A stretch of DNA of 37,065 nt, filler included, from an uncultured virus (IMG/VR IMGVR_UViG_2061766007_000328) (Duplodnaviria > Heunggongvirae > Uroviricota > Caudoviricetes > Crassvirales). It is 2 parts of one record of this genome, joined end to end, with 100 filler letters (N's around TTAATTAATTAA, not from the genome) between each part and the next. Parts side by side here need not be neighbours in the genome. Positions count along the whole stretch, not along the records: positions 24,447 to 37,065 come from IMGVR_UViG_2061766007_000328; 1 more part is not named here. One strand, 5' to 3'. Positions within the stretch are counted from its first letter, which is position 1, and each line of letters begins with the position of its first letter. Made by a program: the position numbers and the translations under genes. The notes under the pieces are model-generated. The model was given only the letters and a program-made list of their open reading frames with translations. It ran no database searches and was not told the DNA's origin. Shown here in pieces: positions 27,867-37,065 of this stretch.

Positions 27867-29531
27867 CACAACAACAGTCTCATCGTTGCTAAGGCATATA
27901 TTGACCTCAGATGTCCTCTGGGTGTTAAGACTTACTGCGGCATCGGCATTGGAGAGCCTAAGAACGTCGCCATATTTTTCTGCCCGGAACCAATTGTAGC
28001 TCTGTGTTTCGGCAAGTTTCCATGTATCTGTAGAGTTGTTTACCGTCACCGTTAAGTCTACATAGTCCTCAACCGAATTCGCTCCGACGATAAACTTACC
28101 CTCGCTATTTATTGTTACAGGATTTGGAGTTACCGTTATGTATGGTTCGGCAACTGACTGGTCATCACCGCCAACCTTACGCACAGTAAGTTCATAAGGC
28201 GAAGAATTAACGCCAGCATACGAAGCACGAATATTAACCGTCTGCATCGAAGCAAGTGTGTTCTTTCCTGTAACAAGGCCATTTACAACTTCCGCAGCAA
28301 GCCTGTTGTCAGTCGTCCACTGGATGTCAGGATTCGTTGCATTGGTAACCTCTGTACTTGATATCAGGCGGTCATTTACATATTTATCGTAGAACGCACG
28401 AAGCTGTGTGGTGCCGGCAGCGTTGATCTCCCTGACATTATCATCTGATGTGATACGAAGGACATAAGTAGTACCATCACCTGTATCGCCACCAGGAATA
28501 TCGGAAGACTTTTCCTCAAGTGCCGCCACCTTTTCCTGCAGTACTTTTATCCTTGCCCAAAGATTATATATAGTTTTTGCGTTTGCCAGCAAACCTGTCT
28601 TATCATCAGGCTCCTGAACGAGATTCTGGAACTCCGCCCAAGTATAGATTTTCTCTATGCCATTGTTGAGGGCAATAAGTTCCTCAATCATATTGGCAAG
28701 AACGCGTCCCATATTGGCAGAAAGCGCAGCATCTGTCCTTGTGCTGGTNNNNNNNNNNCGGTTCCTGAACGAGATTCTGGAACTCCGCCCAAGTATAGAT
28801 TTTCTCTATGCCGTTGTTGAGGGCAATAAGTTCTTCAATCATATTGGCTAGAACGCGTCCCATATTGGCAGAAAGCGCAGCATCTGTCCTTGTGCTGGTG
28901 AGATTGTTGACAATCTCTACGCCACTGCCCGGAGACAGGTTCTTTATCATGTTCCAAAGGTCGTAGCCAGCCTTTGCCGACAGGGGTTTTGTCGAATCGT
29001 TGACGTTGTAGCTCTTAAGGTCATCCTTTGTCAGAGCCTTACCGCTAAGCGTATCAAGGGCCAACTTAAGAAGTTTGACGTCCTCTGCAGAAGCAGCCTT
29101 GCCTCTTCCTCCACCNNNNNNNNNNCTCTTGCTCCGTCCCCTCGAAGCCGTAGCGAACAGCAATCTGGTATGCAGACTCTCCCTGCCCGACATAAGGAAG
29201 CAACCCTTCAAGATATTTACCGAAGATTTCGCCAATCTTTACGCGCCGGTTCTGTAAATCCTGCACGATGGCCACCTCCTCGTTACCAGTAAGCGGATAT
29301 GCTTCCGGCAAATCAGTATCACGGACNNNNNNNNNNGCCGCTAAGCGTATCAAGGGCCAATTTAAGAAGTTTGACGTCCTCTGCAGAAGCAGCCTTGCCT
29401 CTTCCCCCACCGTAGTTCTCAACTATGGTAATAGCGGCATTAAGCGACTCAATCCATTCTTGCTCCGTCCCCACGAAACCATAGCGAACAGCAATCTGGT
29501 ATGCAGACTCTCCCTGCCCGACATAAGGAAG
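27867..29531 (-). CDS. N-terminal fragments (overlapping alleles) of the same fibre protein
   Basis: Pieces 29126-29326, 29337-29531, 28759-29115, 27867-28748 overlap in sequence: VRDTDLPEAYPL, GESAYQIAVRYGF.GTEQEW, NNLTSTRTDAALSANMG, Big_2-like and BACON units. Link to 25330-27856 crosses a gap. Confidence 0.7.
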
Positions 29532-29541
29532 NNNNNNNNNN

Positions 29542-29949
29542 CTTCTTGTCCTTTCTCTCGTCGCCCTTTGCACGCAACTCTGCGTCGAATTCGCGTATCT
29601 GCTCTGCCAGTTTCTCACGCTCAAGGTCATACTTCTCGTGGACCAGTTGTTCGTCGTTCTCCTCGGCATAGACGCCAAGACGCAGGTATTCGGCCTGTGC
29701 GTTAATCTCCGCAACCTTGACCTTGGTGTCGTTGTCACGGGCATTAAGCATATCCTCCTGCTGCATCTTCTGCATCTCAATTTGCTGCTGAGCCTGAATC
29801 TTCTGCTGCTCAAGCTGGGCCTGCTGTTGCTGCTGCTCCTCAAGACGCTGCTGCATCTGCTTCTCTGAATGCTCGACAATCTTGACCTTCTCCGCAGTGG
29901 AGGACGAAGAGAAGAGTTTAATCATAGCGGAAGCGGACATCATCTGGTT
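29542..29949 (-). CDS. Portal C-terminal fragment, second allele
   Basis: Duplicate of 30050-30456. Confidence 0.85.
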
Positions 29950-29970
29950 NNNNNNNNNNAACCATAATGT

Positions 29971-30456
29971 TTATTTCTTAGCCTGTGAAGAATTGCCCTT
30001 GGCCTTGGCTATCTGCTTCTGGGCTTCTATCTTTTTAAGTTCTATATTTTTCTTGTCCTTACGTTCCTCGTCCTTCTGGCGAAGCTCTGCATCGAACTGT
30101 CTTATGGATTCGGCAAGTTTCTCACGCTCAAGGTCATACTTCTCGTGGACCAGTTGTTCGTCGTTCTCCTCGGCATAGATACCAAGACGCAGGTACTCGG
30201 CCTGTGCGTTAATCTCCGCAACCTTGACCTTGGTGTCGTTATCACGGGCATTGAGCATATCCTCCTGCTGCATCTTCTGCATCTCAATCTGCTGCTGAGC
30301 CTGAATCTTCTGCTGCTCAAGCTGGGCCTGCTGTTGCTGCTGCTCCTCAAGGCGCTGCTGCATCTGCTTCTCGGAATGCTCGACAATCTTGACTTTCTCC
30401 GCAGTAGAGGACGAAGAGAAGAGTTTAATCATAGCGGAAGCGGACATCATCTGGTT
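29971..30456 (-). CDS. Portal protein C-terminus (Gln-rich coiled coil)
   Basis: QQQQQAQLEQQKIQAQQQ barrel-like coil ending ...SSQAKK*. Confidence 0.8.
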   Translation of the reverse strand, partial: NQMMSASAMIKLFSSSSTAEKVKIVEHSEKQMQQRLEEQQQQQAQLEQQKIQAQQQIEMQKMQQEDMLNARDNDTKVKVAEINAQAEYLRLGIYAEENDEQLVHEKYDLEREKLAESIRQFDAELRQKDEERKDKKNIELKKIEAQKQIAKAKGNSSQAKK

Positions 30457-30527
30457 NNNNNNNNNNACCCATTACGGCAAGCGCCCTTCTGATTTCTTCA
30501 AGATCTTTCTTAGTAAANNNNNNNNNN

Positions 30528-31376
30528 CTGTACAAACGCCTGTGCGTTGTTCTCAAGCAACTGGTGCAGTTTCTGCGTATCGGTGGAATTGTCAACGACA
30601 AGACCATAGTCGCACTCCGCGAACTCATCACCGTCAATATCCATTATCCTACGGGAGTTGTCCGAAAGGATGTACTGGAACTTCTTGCTCCTGCCACGGA
30701 GCGACGCCTTCGCTTCCTCAAGGAAACACTCAAGGACACGCCTCTTTGTGTCATCGTGCTGCTGGAAAAGCCAGTCAGTAATGTACGAGGACTGAAGGAC
30801 GGCACGCTCTATGCCGCCCACAGTCTCGCGGTTATATGTATTTCCTTCCCTCTGGCGGTTGATGCCAACAAGGTCGGACATGGAATCCTTCGTCCACTGG
30901 AGGATTTCTATATAGTTTTGGATTGAATTGCCCCAATCAGCGTCTATGTAACCCTTGGATGCGTTGTTGAGTCCGCCGGCGAGTTTTCCTGTAGCGGCTC
31001 CCTTGTTGCCTTCGTTGAAAGAGTCCTTGATGAGAACCTTGTTTACCCGTGCGAAGTACATCCATTTCTCAACCTGCCAGTCCTTAGGCTTGAGAGCGAG
31101 GTCCATCTCAAGGAGTTTGCCCCAGTTGGTAGCGATGAGGTCTACGAGTTTGGCGTGTACCGCATCATACAGATAGTTATAGGGCTTCATCATATCAACG
31201 AGGGAATAAGGCTTGCTCTCGTTGAGGTTATAGATAGTACCTACGATTCCGAAGTGACAACGCGAAGGATTGGAAAGTGAGTTGTGCTGGACAAGGCAGG
31301 GACGGATGCCGACGTAGATATCTTCACCTATCTTCGTGCCTTCCCAAGCCTCGTTTATCCAAAGTTTTGTTGCGGT
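30528..31376 (-). CDS. Portal protein central fragment
   Basis: WINEAWEGTKIGEDIYVGIRP, SLVDMMKPYNYLYD, GINRQREG...ETVGGIERAVLQSSYIT, matching crAss-like portals; downstream of terminase. Confidence 0.9.
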
Positions 31377-31386
31377 NNNNNNNNNN

Positions 31387-32163
31387 ACCTGCGAGTTTAC
31401 CTGTAGCGGCTCCCTTGTTACCCTCGTTGAAAGAGTCCTTGATGAGAACCTTGTTTACCCTTGCGAAGTACATCCATTTCTCAACCTGCCAGTCCTTAGG
31501 CTTGAGAGCAAGGTCCATCTCAAGGAGTTTGCCCCAGTTGGTAGCGATGAGGTCTACGAGNNNNNNNNNNCACTGACTGGCTTTTCCAGCAGCACGATGA
31601 CACAAAGAGGCGTGTCCTCGAGTGCTTCCTTGATGAAGCGAAGGCGTCGCTTCGTGGCAGGAGCAAGAAGTTCCAGTACATCCTTTCGGACAACTCCCGC
31701 AGGATAATGGACATTGACGGTGATGAGTTCGCGGAGTGCGACTATGGTCTTGTCGTTGACAACTCCGCCGATACGCAGAAACTGCACCAGTTGCTTGAGA
31801 ACAACGCACAGGCGTTTNNNNNNNNNNNNNNNNNNNNNNNNNNNNNNNNNNNNNNNNNNNNNNNNNNNNNNNNNNNNNNNNNNNNNNNNNNNNNNNNNNN
31901 NNNNNNNNNNNNNNNNNNNNNNNNNNNNNNNNNNNNNNNNNNNNNNNNNNNNNNNNNNNNNNNNGTCCTGAACTATGTCCTGAACCATGCTGAAATACTG
32001 CTGCTTCCTGTCTTCCTCTATCTGGGATATCGAATACGGATTGGTAACTATCACCGTCCAGTCAAATACCCTCGCNNNNNNNNNNATACGGATTGGTGAC
32101 TATCACCGTCCAATCAAATACCCTCGCCGCTTCTTCTCCACGCAGCGTGTTAATCTTGGAGTT
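31387..32163. CDS. Short allelic portal fragments (31387-31560 -, 31571-31817 +, 31965-32075 -, 32086-32163 -)
   Basis: Each duplicates or extends other portal pieces. Confidence 0.8.
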
Positions 32164-32173
32164 NNNNNNNNNN

Positions 32174-32512
32174 GTACGGATTGGTAACTATTACCGTCCA
32201 GTCAAATACCCTCGCCGCTTCTTCTCCACGCAGCGTGTTAATCTTGGAGTTGAGTATCGGATAATGCTGAATCTTCTCCGGCATAAACGCCGTAGAGATG
32301 TCTCCGGGGTTTATGATAGCGGCGACATCCTCCATGTGGATCTGTCCGTTCAGCAAATCGTAGTTGATTTTCATGTGAACGACATCCTTTCTCACAGGAG
32401 AGAACTGGAAGTATGTCTTGGTAGCTCCCCAATCGACACACTCCTTGCCCCAAGCCTTGTTCTTAGACTTGAAGGAGAGCGTCTGACGGGGAAATGGTGC
32501 GCTATAGTCCAT
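32174..32512 (-). CDS. Portal protein N-terminus
   Basis: MDYSAPFPRQTLSFKSKNKAWGKECVDW...IQHYPILNSKINTLRGEE. Confidence 0.88.
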
Positions 32513-32526
32513 GTATATATACAATT

Positions 32527-32562
32527 ATCTGTGGCGAATCTAACGAGAAAAACGCCACAGAT
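32527..32562. promoter_or_regulatory. 10-bp perfect inverted repeat between terminase and portal
   Basis: ATCTGTGGCG-N16-CGCCACAGAT, overlapping minus-strand TAGATTCGC. Confidence 0.5.
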
Positions 32563-32582
32563 TACGTAAGTAAGTGAAACGC

Positions 32583-35500
32583 TTACTGTTCTAAAGAAGA
32601 ATTGTATTGACGACCAAATCTCTCCAGATGCCTGTTCCAATCCTTGTCGAAGAAATCATCGTCAGAATCACTCTCCACAACATCTGACGCATTAGCCGCT
32701 CCGCCATACAGGATATTGAAATGCTCCCTGTAGAACATAACCTGAAACAGCGCAGATACACGGTCCGTATTCTTCTCCGGTGCATACGATACGAGTTCCT
32801 GGAGCAATGCCCTGTTGCGTATATGATACAGTTGAGGTATCTCCTCTATATGCATCTCGCCGTTTTCCTCCATTACCTCAACGGGTACTGTTTTCTTGAG
32901 CCAGTCGTTGATGAGGTCAATTCCCGTACTGATTAATGCAGCATTGACTGATACGCCCTTTATTGACGAGCCGAACATCGAATACTTCACCAGCCCCCTC
33001 TGGCGCAACCACTCCGGGCAGTCTGCGAGCCTCCACAGGCATTTCATTTTGGAGAAATAGCCGTACATCAATTTACGGTTGCTCTCGTACATCACCTGCG
33101 CATTGTAGAATATGGACAGTAGTCTGACAATCTCATATCCATCTTCAGCCATCTGCTGCCTTCCGGTATACTCTGCTGCTATCTCGTCATTGAACAGGTC
33201 GAACACTATCACGGACATAAGAGATACTGACTCCGCCTTGTCATTGTCAACGGGGTCAACGCCTATACAATACCTGTTGTTGGGTATATCCCCGGATGGA
33301 GGCATCGTGTATATCTCCAATGCACCCTTATCCTGTATTCCCTCGTCATACTCGCGTATGGGTATGTCGGAGGTGGCCTTGAATTCAACCCCGCCGCCAA
33401 CATCAATGAGCGTTCCGACATATACGTCGTCAAAGATGCGTGGGCTTGAGTCTATCTGACGCAATCTCTCGTTGAGCATTACCGTAGGGAAGAACGTAGA
33501 ACGTACGCGAAGTATAGCCTCTTCAGGTGTAATCGGCATCTGTGCGACACGCTTGAGAAGGGAACCGGCATCTCCACCCTGCTTGACCATATCACGCTCC
33601 ATAAGTATCTCGAGAAGGGCTTTAACGACATCAGAGTTGCCGTCCTTGTCCATACAGCCTTCACGGGATATGTATGACGGAAAGAAATAAGCGAATTTGC
33701 TTGCACCCTTTCCGCGTTTGTCGTACACATTCTCCAGGGAGTACACTTCGTATGCATCAGGCTTATACAGGATAGTCCTTACACTGGCAAAATCTGAAGC
33801 CTCATCACCTGCAGTTCCGACTCCGTACAAAAGCGAGAACACGTCGCTACCATTTTTCACGGAGTCACGCACGTTATCCCACACGTCTTTGAAGTTCGGA
33901 TAATTACCGATTTCCTCAAACAGAATGAAACCTCGCTTGCCTCGAATCTTACCCTCGTCATCCTTGACGGACAAGCCCATCACGGAGTTGAGTGAACCCA
34001 TCTGGTTGCCGTTGCTGTTCTTATAGCCCATTACCCACAGCATATCTCCGGCACGGCGTGTAAGCATAAGCCTCGGAAACTCCGTATTGGCAGCAGTAAA
34101 GTCTATTATAGGGGTGAACTTGGAGAACGTTCCGTCTTTCTGGGCAAGATACTCCTTTGTGTATGCCGTAAGGACCGTGGTTACCCTCCTGTTTGCCTCC
34201 TCATCTTCGCCAAGAATAAGGTTGTGCGCCATAACGCTTGCCAACGTGTATGATTTTCCGCAATTATGTGTTTGAACAAAATCACCTACAAGATATGAGG
34301 AATCTTCAGCATCTACAGTAACGCATTTACACTTCTCCCTACCAACATATTCAATGCCAACAATACACGTCTTTCGCTTTCTCGACTCATTTGAATCAGA
34401 ATCAATTAGAGCCTTCTTTCTTGGTAACGTAAATATACAACTATCAGCATAAACAGTTACAAAATATGCGTCTTTACATTTTATATATTCCCCATTCTTT
34501 TTATATCCTGCCTGCTGTATCGAATAATTACAATTATATCCCAAACTCCTTGCGACCTCAATAATGTCAAAGCACAGTTGCGCAGATGTGGTTGTGATCT
34601 GCGGGGCCCTTGTCTGCGTTGCACCATAACCGTCAGTATCAAACAAACCCTGCAAAAGCCTCAATCTATCATTTCGTGACCCATATTTGTAGATATCAGG
34701 GATATACTTCTCATCAGACTTTTTCATCCATAACCCCTCGCCGTATAGATATGAAATATCAAGTTTTATTGCCCAGGTTCTATCATCTGAACTAATCTTA
34801 TAAACCTGATACGGGATTTGTGATGCATAGTGCTGAATGTCATCATATAGCCCAGATATCGTTACTTGGCCTTTATACCCAACAGTCCTGAAGCACCCGT
34901 CGCCTAGGAGAACCCCCATTGTATATGGCTCTATTGGAAGGGATTGTTGGCTAAACTCCACGCCCTGATTTGACGGGATAAAATACTGATACTCTATTCC
35001 AGATGGTATTCTCCAACTTTTAGGACGTTGTAATGCGTAGTGCTGTAAAAGTTCCTTTGTTGTCCTCTGAACAACCTTTCCGTTCTTTCTGATGACATTC
35101 CATATATGGTCATCCGAAGCATAAACTATCCTACCATCGCGCAATGTAAACTTATAAACATCGGCTTCGTCATCAAAAGGAATATCAGTTACTGTCGTTA
35201 TGTTACCGTATGTACCAAAAAGCCTGTCCCCAATCTTTATATCTCCCCACTGCTTTATACCATCTGGAGTATAAACTTTCTGTGAGTATGGGTGTGCGCC
35301 GCGCCTGGCTAATTCAACGCAGTGCTTTCCGTGCTTTCTGGCTTGGTCTATATAGTGAAAACGGTAGTATATCCCCTCCCACATAGCAGGGAAACCTTCT
35401 ACACGATGGACAATGCCCGTTTTCTCTGACCGCTCGCTAATCATAATCGGAGCATAGTTGAGGAACCAGTACATCTGACCAGTTATCCATTCTCCATCAG

Positions 35501-35864
35501 ACTCCCTCACATACCCCTCACGGCATCTTCTTACCTCTTCACGGAACCATTTGCCGTATTCACTGTTTGGATTAGCGTTAGGCTTGAGAAGAGAATAGCA
35601 TCCATTATCCTGATAGAACTTGATTGCCGGTCTGAAATAGTCCATATCCTCCAGTATATGCGGATGCGTAATGTCCACTATTATTCGTCCTTGACTGTCT
35701 CTTGGCAAGTCTTTAGCCCTCGGCCTCTCCCCTATCATCCATTTAAGAAGCGGAACAGTATCAATGAAATCCATGAACTGCTCCGCCACCTCCTCTGGAT
35801 ATTGAGCCAGAAGCTCATCCGTTATTGGCGTTTGAAAAGAATTGGTCTGTATTATTACGCTCAT
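32583..35864 (-). CDS. terL: Terminase large subunit (crAss-like), intein-containing
   Basis: Spliced Walker A ARRG/CGKS, Walker B FILFEEIG, GVGTAG coupling motif, nuclease IGVDPVD and TDRVSA; about 750 aa after intein removal. Confidence 0.95.
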   Translation of the reverse strand: MSVIIQTNSFQTPITDELLAQYPEEVAEQFMDFIDTVPLLKWMIGERPRAKDLPRDSQGRIIVDITHPHILEDMDYFRPAIKFYQDNGCYSLLKPNANPNSEYGKWFREEVRRCREGYVRESDGEWITGQMYWFLNYAPIMISERSEKTGIVHRVEGFPAMWEGIYYRFHYIDQARKHGKHCVELARRGAHPYSQKVYTPDGIKQWGDIKIGDRLFGTYGNITTVTDIPFDDEADVYKFTLRDGRIVYASDDHIWNVIRKNGKVVQRTTKELLQHYALQRPKSWRIPSGIEYQYFIPSNQGVEFSQQSLPIEPYTMGVLLGDGCFRTVGYKGQVTISGLYDDIQHYASQIPYQVYKISSDDRTWAIKLDISYLYGEGLWMKKSDEKYIPDIYKYGSRNDRLRLLQGLFDTDGYGATQTRAPQITTTSAQLCFDIIEVARSLGYNCNYSIQQAGYKKNGEYIKCKDAYFVTVYADSCIFTLPRKKALIDSDSNESRKRKTCIVGIEYVGREKCKCVTVDAEDSSYLVGDFVQTHNCGKSYTLASVMAHNLILGEDEEANRRVTTVLTAYTKEYLAQKDGTFSKFTPIIDFTAANTEFPRLMLTRRAGDMLWVMGYKNSNGNQMGSLNSVMGLSVKDDEGKIRGKRGFILFEEIGNYPNFKDVWDNVRDSVKNGSDVFSLLYGVGTAGDEASDFASVRTILYKPDAYEVYSLENVYDKRGKGASKFAYFFPSYISREGCMDKDGNSDVVKALLEILMERDMVKQGGDAGSLLKRVAQMPITPEEAILRVRSTFFPTVMLNERLRQIDSSPRIFDDVYVGTLIDVGGGVEFKATSDIPIREYDEGIQDKGALEIYTMPPSGDIPNNRYCIGVDPVDNDKAESVSLMSVIVFDLFNDEIAAEYTGRQQMAEDGYEIVRLLSIFYNAQVMYESNRKLMYGYFSKMKCLWRLADCPEWLRQRGLVKYSMFGSSIKGVSVNAALISTGIDLINDWLKKTVPVEVMEENGEMHIEEIPQLYHIRNRALLQELVSYAPEKNTDRVSALFQVMFYREHFNILYGGAANASDVVESDSDDDFFDKDWNRHLERFGRQYNSSLEQ
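34263..35297 (-). mobile_element. 345-aa class 3 intein with LAGLIDADG homing endonuclease
   Basis: Starts AHPYSQKVYTPDG, block B SDDHIW, block F KCKCVTVD, ends VQTHN/C; endonuclease motifs MGVLLGDG and LQGLFDTDG. Confidence 0.92.
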
Positions 35865-35881
35865 TATCAACGAGTTAGACG

Positions 35882-36157
35882 CTACAGGTCTTCTCCGATT
35901 GCCTTGACGGCATTTCCTCTGGCGTTTTCATCTGTAGCAAAATCTTTGGCAAGTGATTTCTCCGCTTCGACAAGAGCCTTGGCAAGTTCCGGTATCTGCC
36001 TCAACGCACTGGTCATAGCGGCAACGGTCTTCTCCGATATCTCCGTATTCCCAAGAAATGTACTGAGCTTGTCTATGCCCTTGCGCATGCCCTCGAGCAA
36101 GAGCGCTGAGGTTGTAACAGTATGCTTGCGGTATATGTCCATTGCCTCCTTGAGAGT
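35882..36157 (-). CDS. C-terminal part of the helical protein upstream of terL (small-terminase candidate)
   Basis: TLKEAMDIYRKHTVTTSALLLE...ENARGNAVKAIGEDL*; function inferred from position only. Confidence 0.55.
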   Translation of the reverse strand, partial: TLKEAMDIYRKHTVTTSALLLEGMRKGIDKLSTFLGNTEISEKTVAAMTSALRQIPELAKALVEAEKSLAKDFATDENARGNAVKAIGEDL

Positions 36158-36168
36158 NNNNNNNNNNT

Positions 36169-36383
36169 CAGGACATAGTTCAGGACCGGGGCATAGACCA
36201 GGCACAGGCGGAGAAGCAGCTTCAGGATGGTCAGGAATTCTTTGAGTACAACTGGCAGGACATACGAGAGGTTCGTGCAAATGAACTCCTGCGTCACTAT
36301 CAGAAGGAGCAGAATTTCAAGAAGATTTTCAATGACGGTTTCGTTGATGCCCTTTCTTCCGGCATGGAGGTGTATCAGTGCGG
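36169..36383 (+). CDS. Inverted portal fragment
   Basis: QDIVQDRGIDQAQAEKQLQDGQEFFEYNWQDIREVRANELLRHY continues 31965-32075. Confidence 0.85.
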
Positions 36384-36394
36384 NNNNNNNNNNC

Positions 36395-37065
36395 GAACTC
36401 CTGCGTCACTATCAGAAGGAGCAGAACTTCAAGAAGACTTTCAATGACGGTTTCGTTGATGCTCTTTCTTCCGGAATGGAGGTGTATCAGTGCGGCATCG
36501 TAGGTGGAGAGCCTGTCCTTACCAGACTTAACCCTATGAAACTGCGCATCTTCGGAAGCGGATACTCCAACAGGATAGAGGATGCAGATATCATAGTATA
36601 CGAGGACTACTGGTCAAGGGGCAGGATAGTGGATACGTTCTATGATGAACTTACCACCAAGGACATAAAGTGGCTCACGGATGAGACTCCTGAGTTAGGC
36701 ACTGGTCCTACTGGTCCTGCCGGTAATGTCAACGAGGCTTATCCTTTCATCAACGGAAGGTATTTCTACGGTGAGGACGGCATAATGGTCAACGGTAACA
36801 ACATTGACTATGTGTATGACGCGTTCAACGAACTTGCCGGAGGAATAGGCTCCGACCTCCTTCCTTATGATGTGGCTGGTAACGTGCGCGTTGTCAGAGT
36901 ATGGTGGAAATCCAAGAGGAAAATCCTCAAGGTAAAGTCCTTCAACCCCATTACGGGAGACGAGGAGTTCGACTTCTATCCTGAGACCTACGTTGTTAAC
37001 GAGGCGGCAGGTGAAACCGCAACAAAACTTTGGATAAACGAGGCTTGGGAAGGCACGAAGATAGG
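36395..37065 (+). CDS. Inverted portal fragment running off the window
   Basis: ELLRHYQKEQNFKKTFNDG...GYSNRIEDADII...VWWKSKRKI...WINEAWEGTKI, overlapping the start of 30528-31376. Confidence 0.9.

Noticed and set aside
29755..30365. CTG/CAG-rich runs as a tandem repeat or array
   Set aside because: They encode the poly-Gln coiled coil of the portal; no CRISPR-like repeat-spacer structure or tRNA was seen anywhere in the window.
30467..30517. Orphan 51-nt piece (FTKKDLEEIRRALAVMG on minus)
   Set aside because: Too short, gap-flanked, not recognisable as portal; cannot be assigned.
6965..35864. Stop-codon reassignment as in some Crassvirales
   Set aside because: Very long ORFs are intact in code 11, and TAA, TAG and TGA all end genes at tightly coupled junctions.
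445..36245. Plus-strand ORFs antisense to the main genes (e.g. 759-1328, 16789-17376, 19860-20459, 35658-36245)
   Set aside because: Shadow frames of well-supported minus-strand genes with no recognisable motifs.
29542..37065. Split or duplicated portal (introns, pseudogene)
   Set aside because: All breaks coincide with N gaps and most pieces overlap into one continuous reading frame.

Overview
Late (packaging/structural/lysis) region of a crAss-like (Crassvirales-type) Bacteroidota phage, read almost entirely on the minus strand in the standard genetic code. From right to left: a conserved gene upstream of the terminase; large terminase carrying an Ala-initiated class 3 LAGLIDADG intein in its Walker A loop; portal; a multi-BACON/Ig fibre protein; a three-gene module of split BACON half-domains; tail-fibre and collagen adaptors; a giant LamG + CotH-like kinase + BspA-type LRR protein; a membrane protein/HTH pair; a separately promoted Gly-rich coiled-coil operon ending in a HEXXH peptidase; and a holin, M15 endolysin and spanin-like gene. 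The window is not one clean genome. It is a scaffold of contigs from at least two (locally three) close strains joined by N gaps and an artificial 100-nt TTAATTAATTAA linker, with some pieces inverted or misplaced. The co-assembled alleles expose cassette swaps and gene losses. Best candidates for undescribed biology: (i) a pilus-like fibre built by BACON half-domain complementation (15949-17754) and (ii) the regulated Gly-rich operon (2138-6943). All family assignments are by-eye motif recognition; no searches were run.
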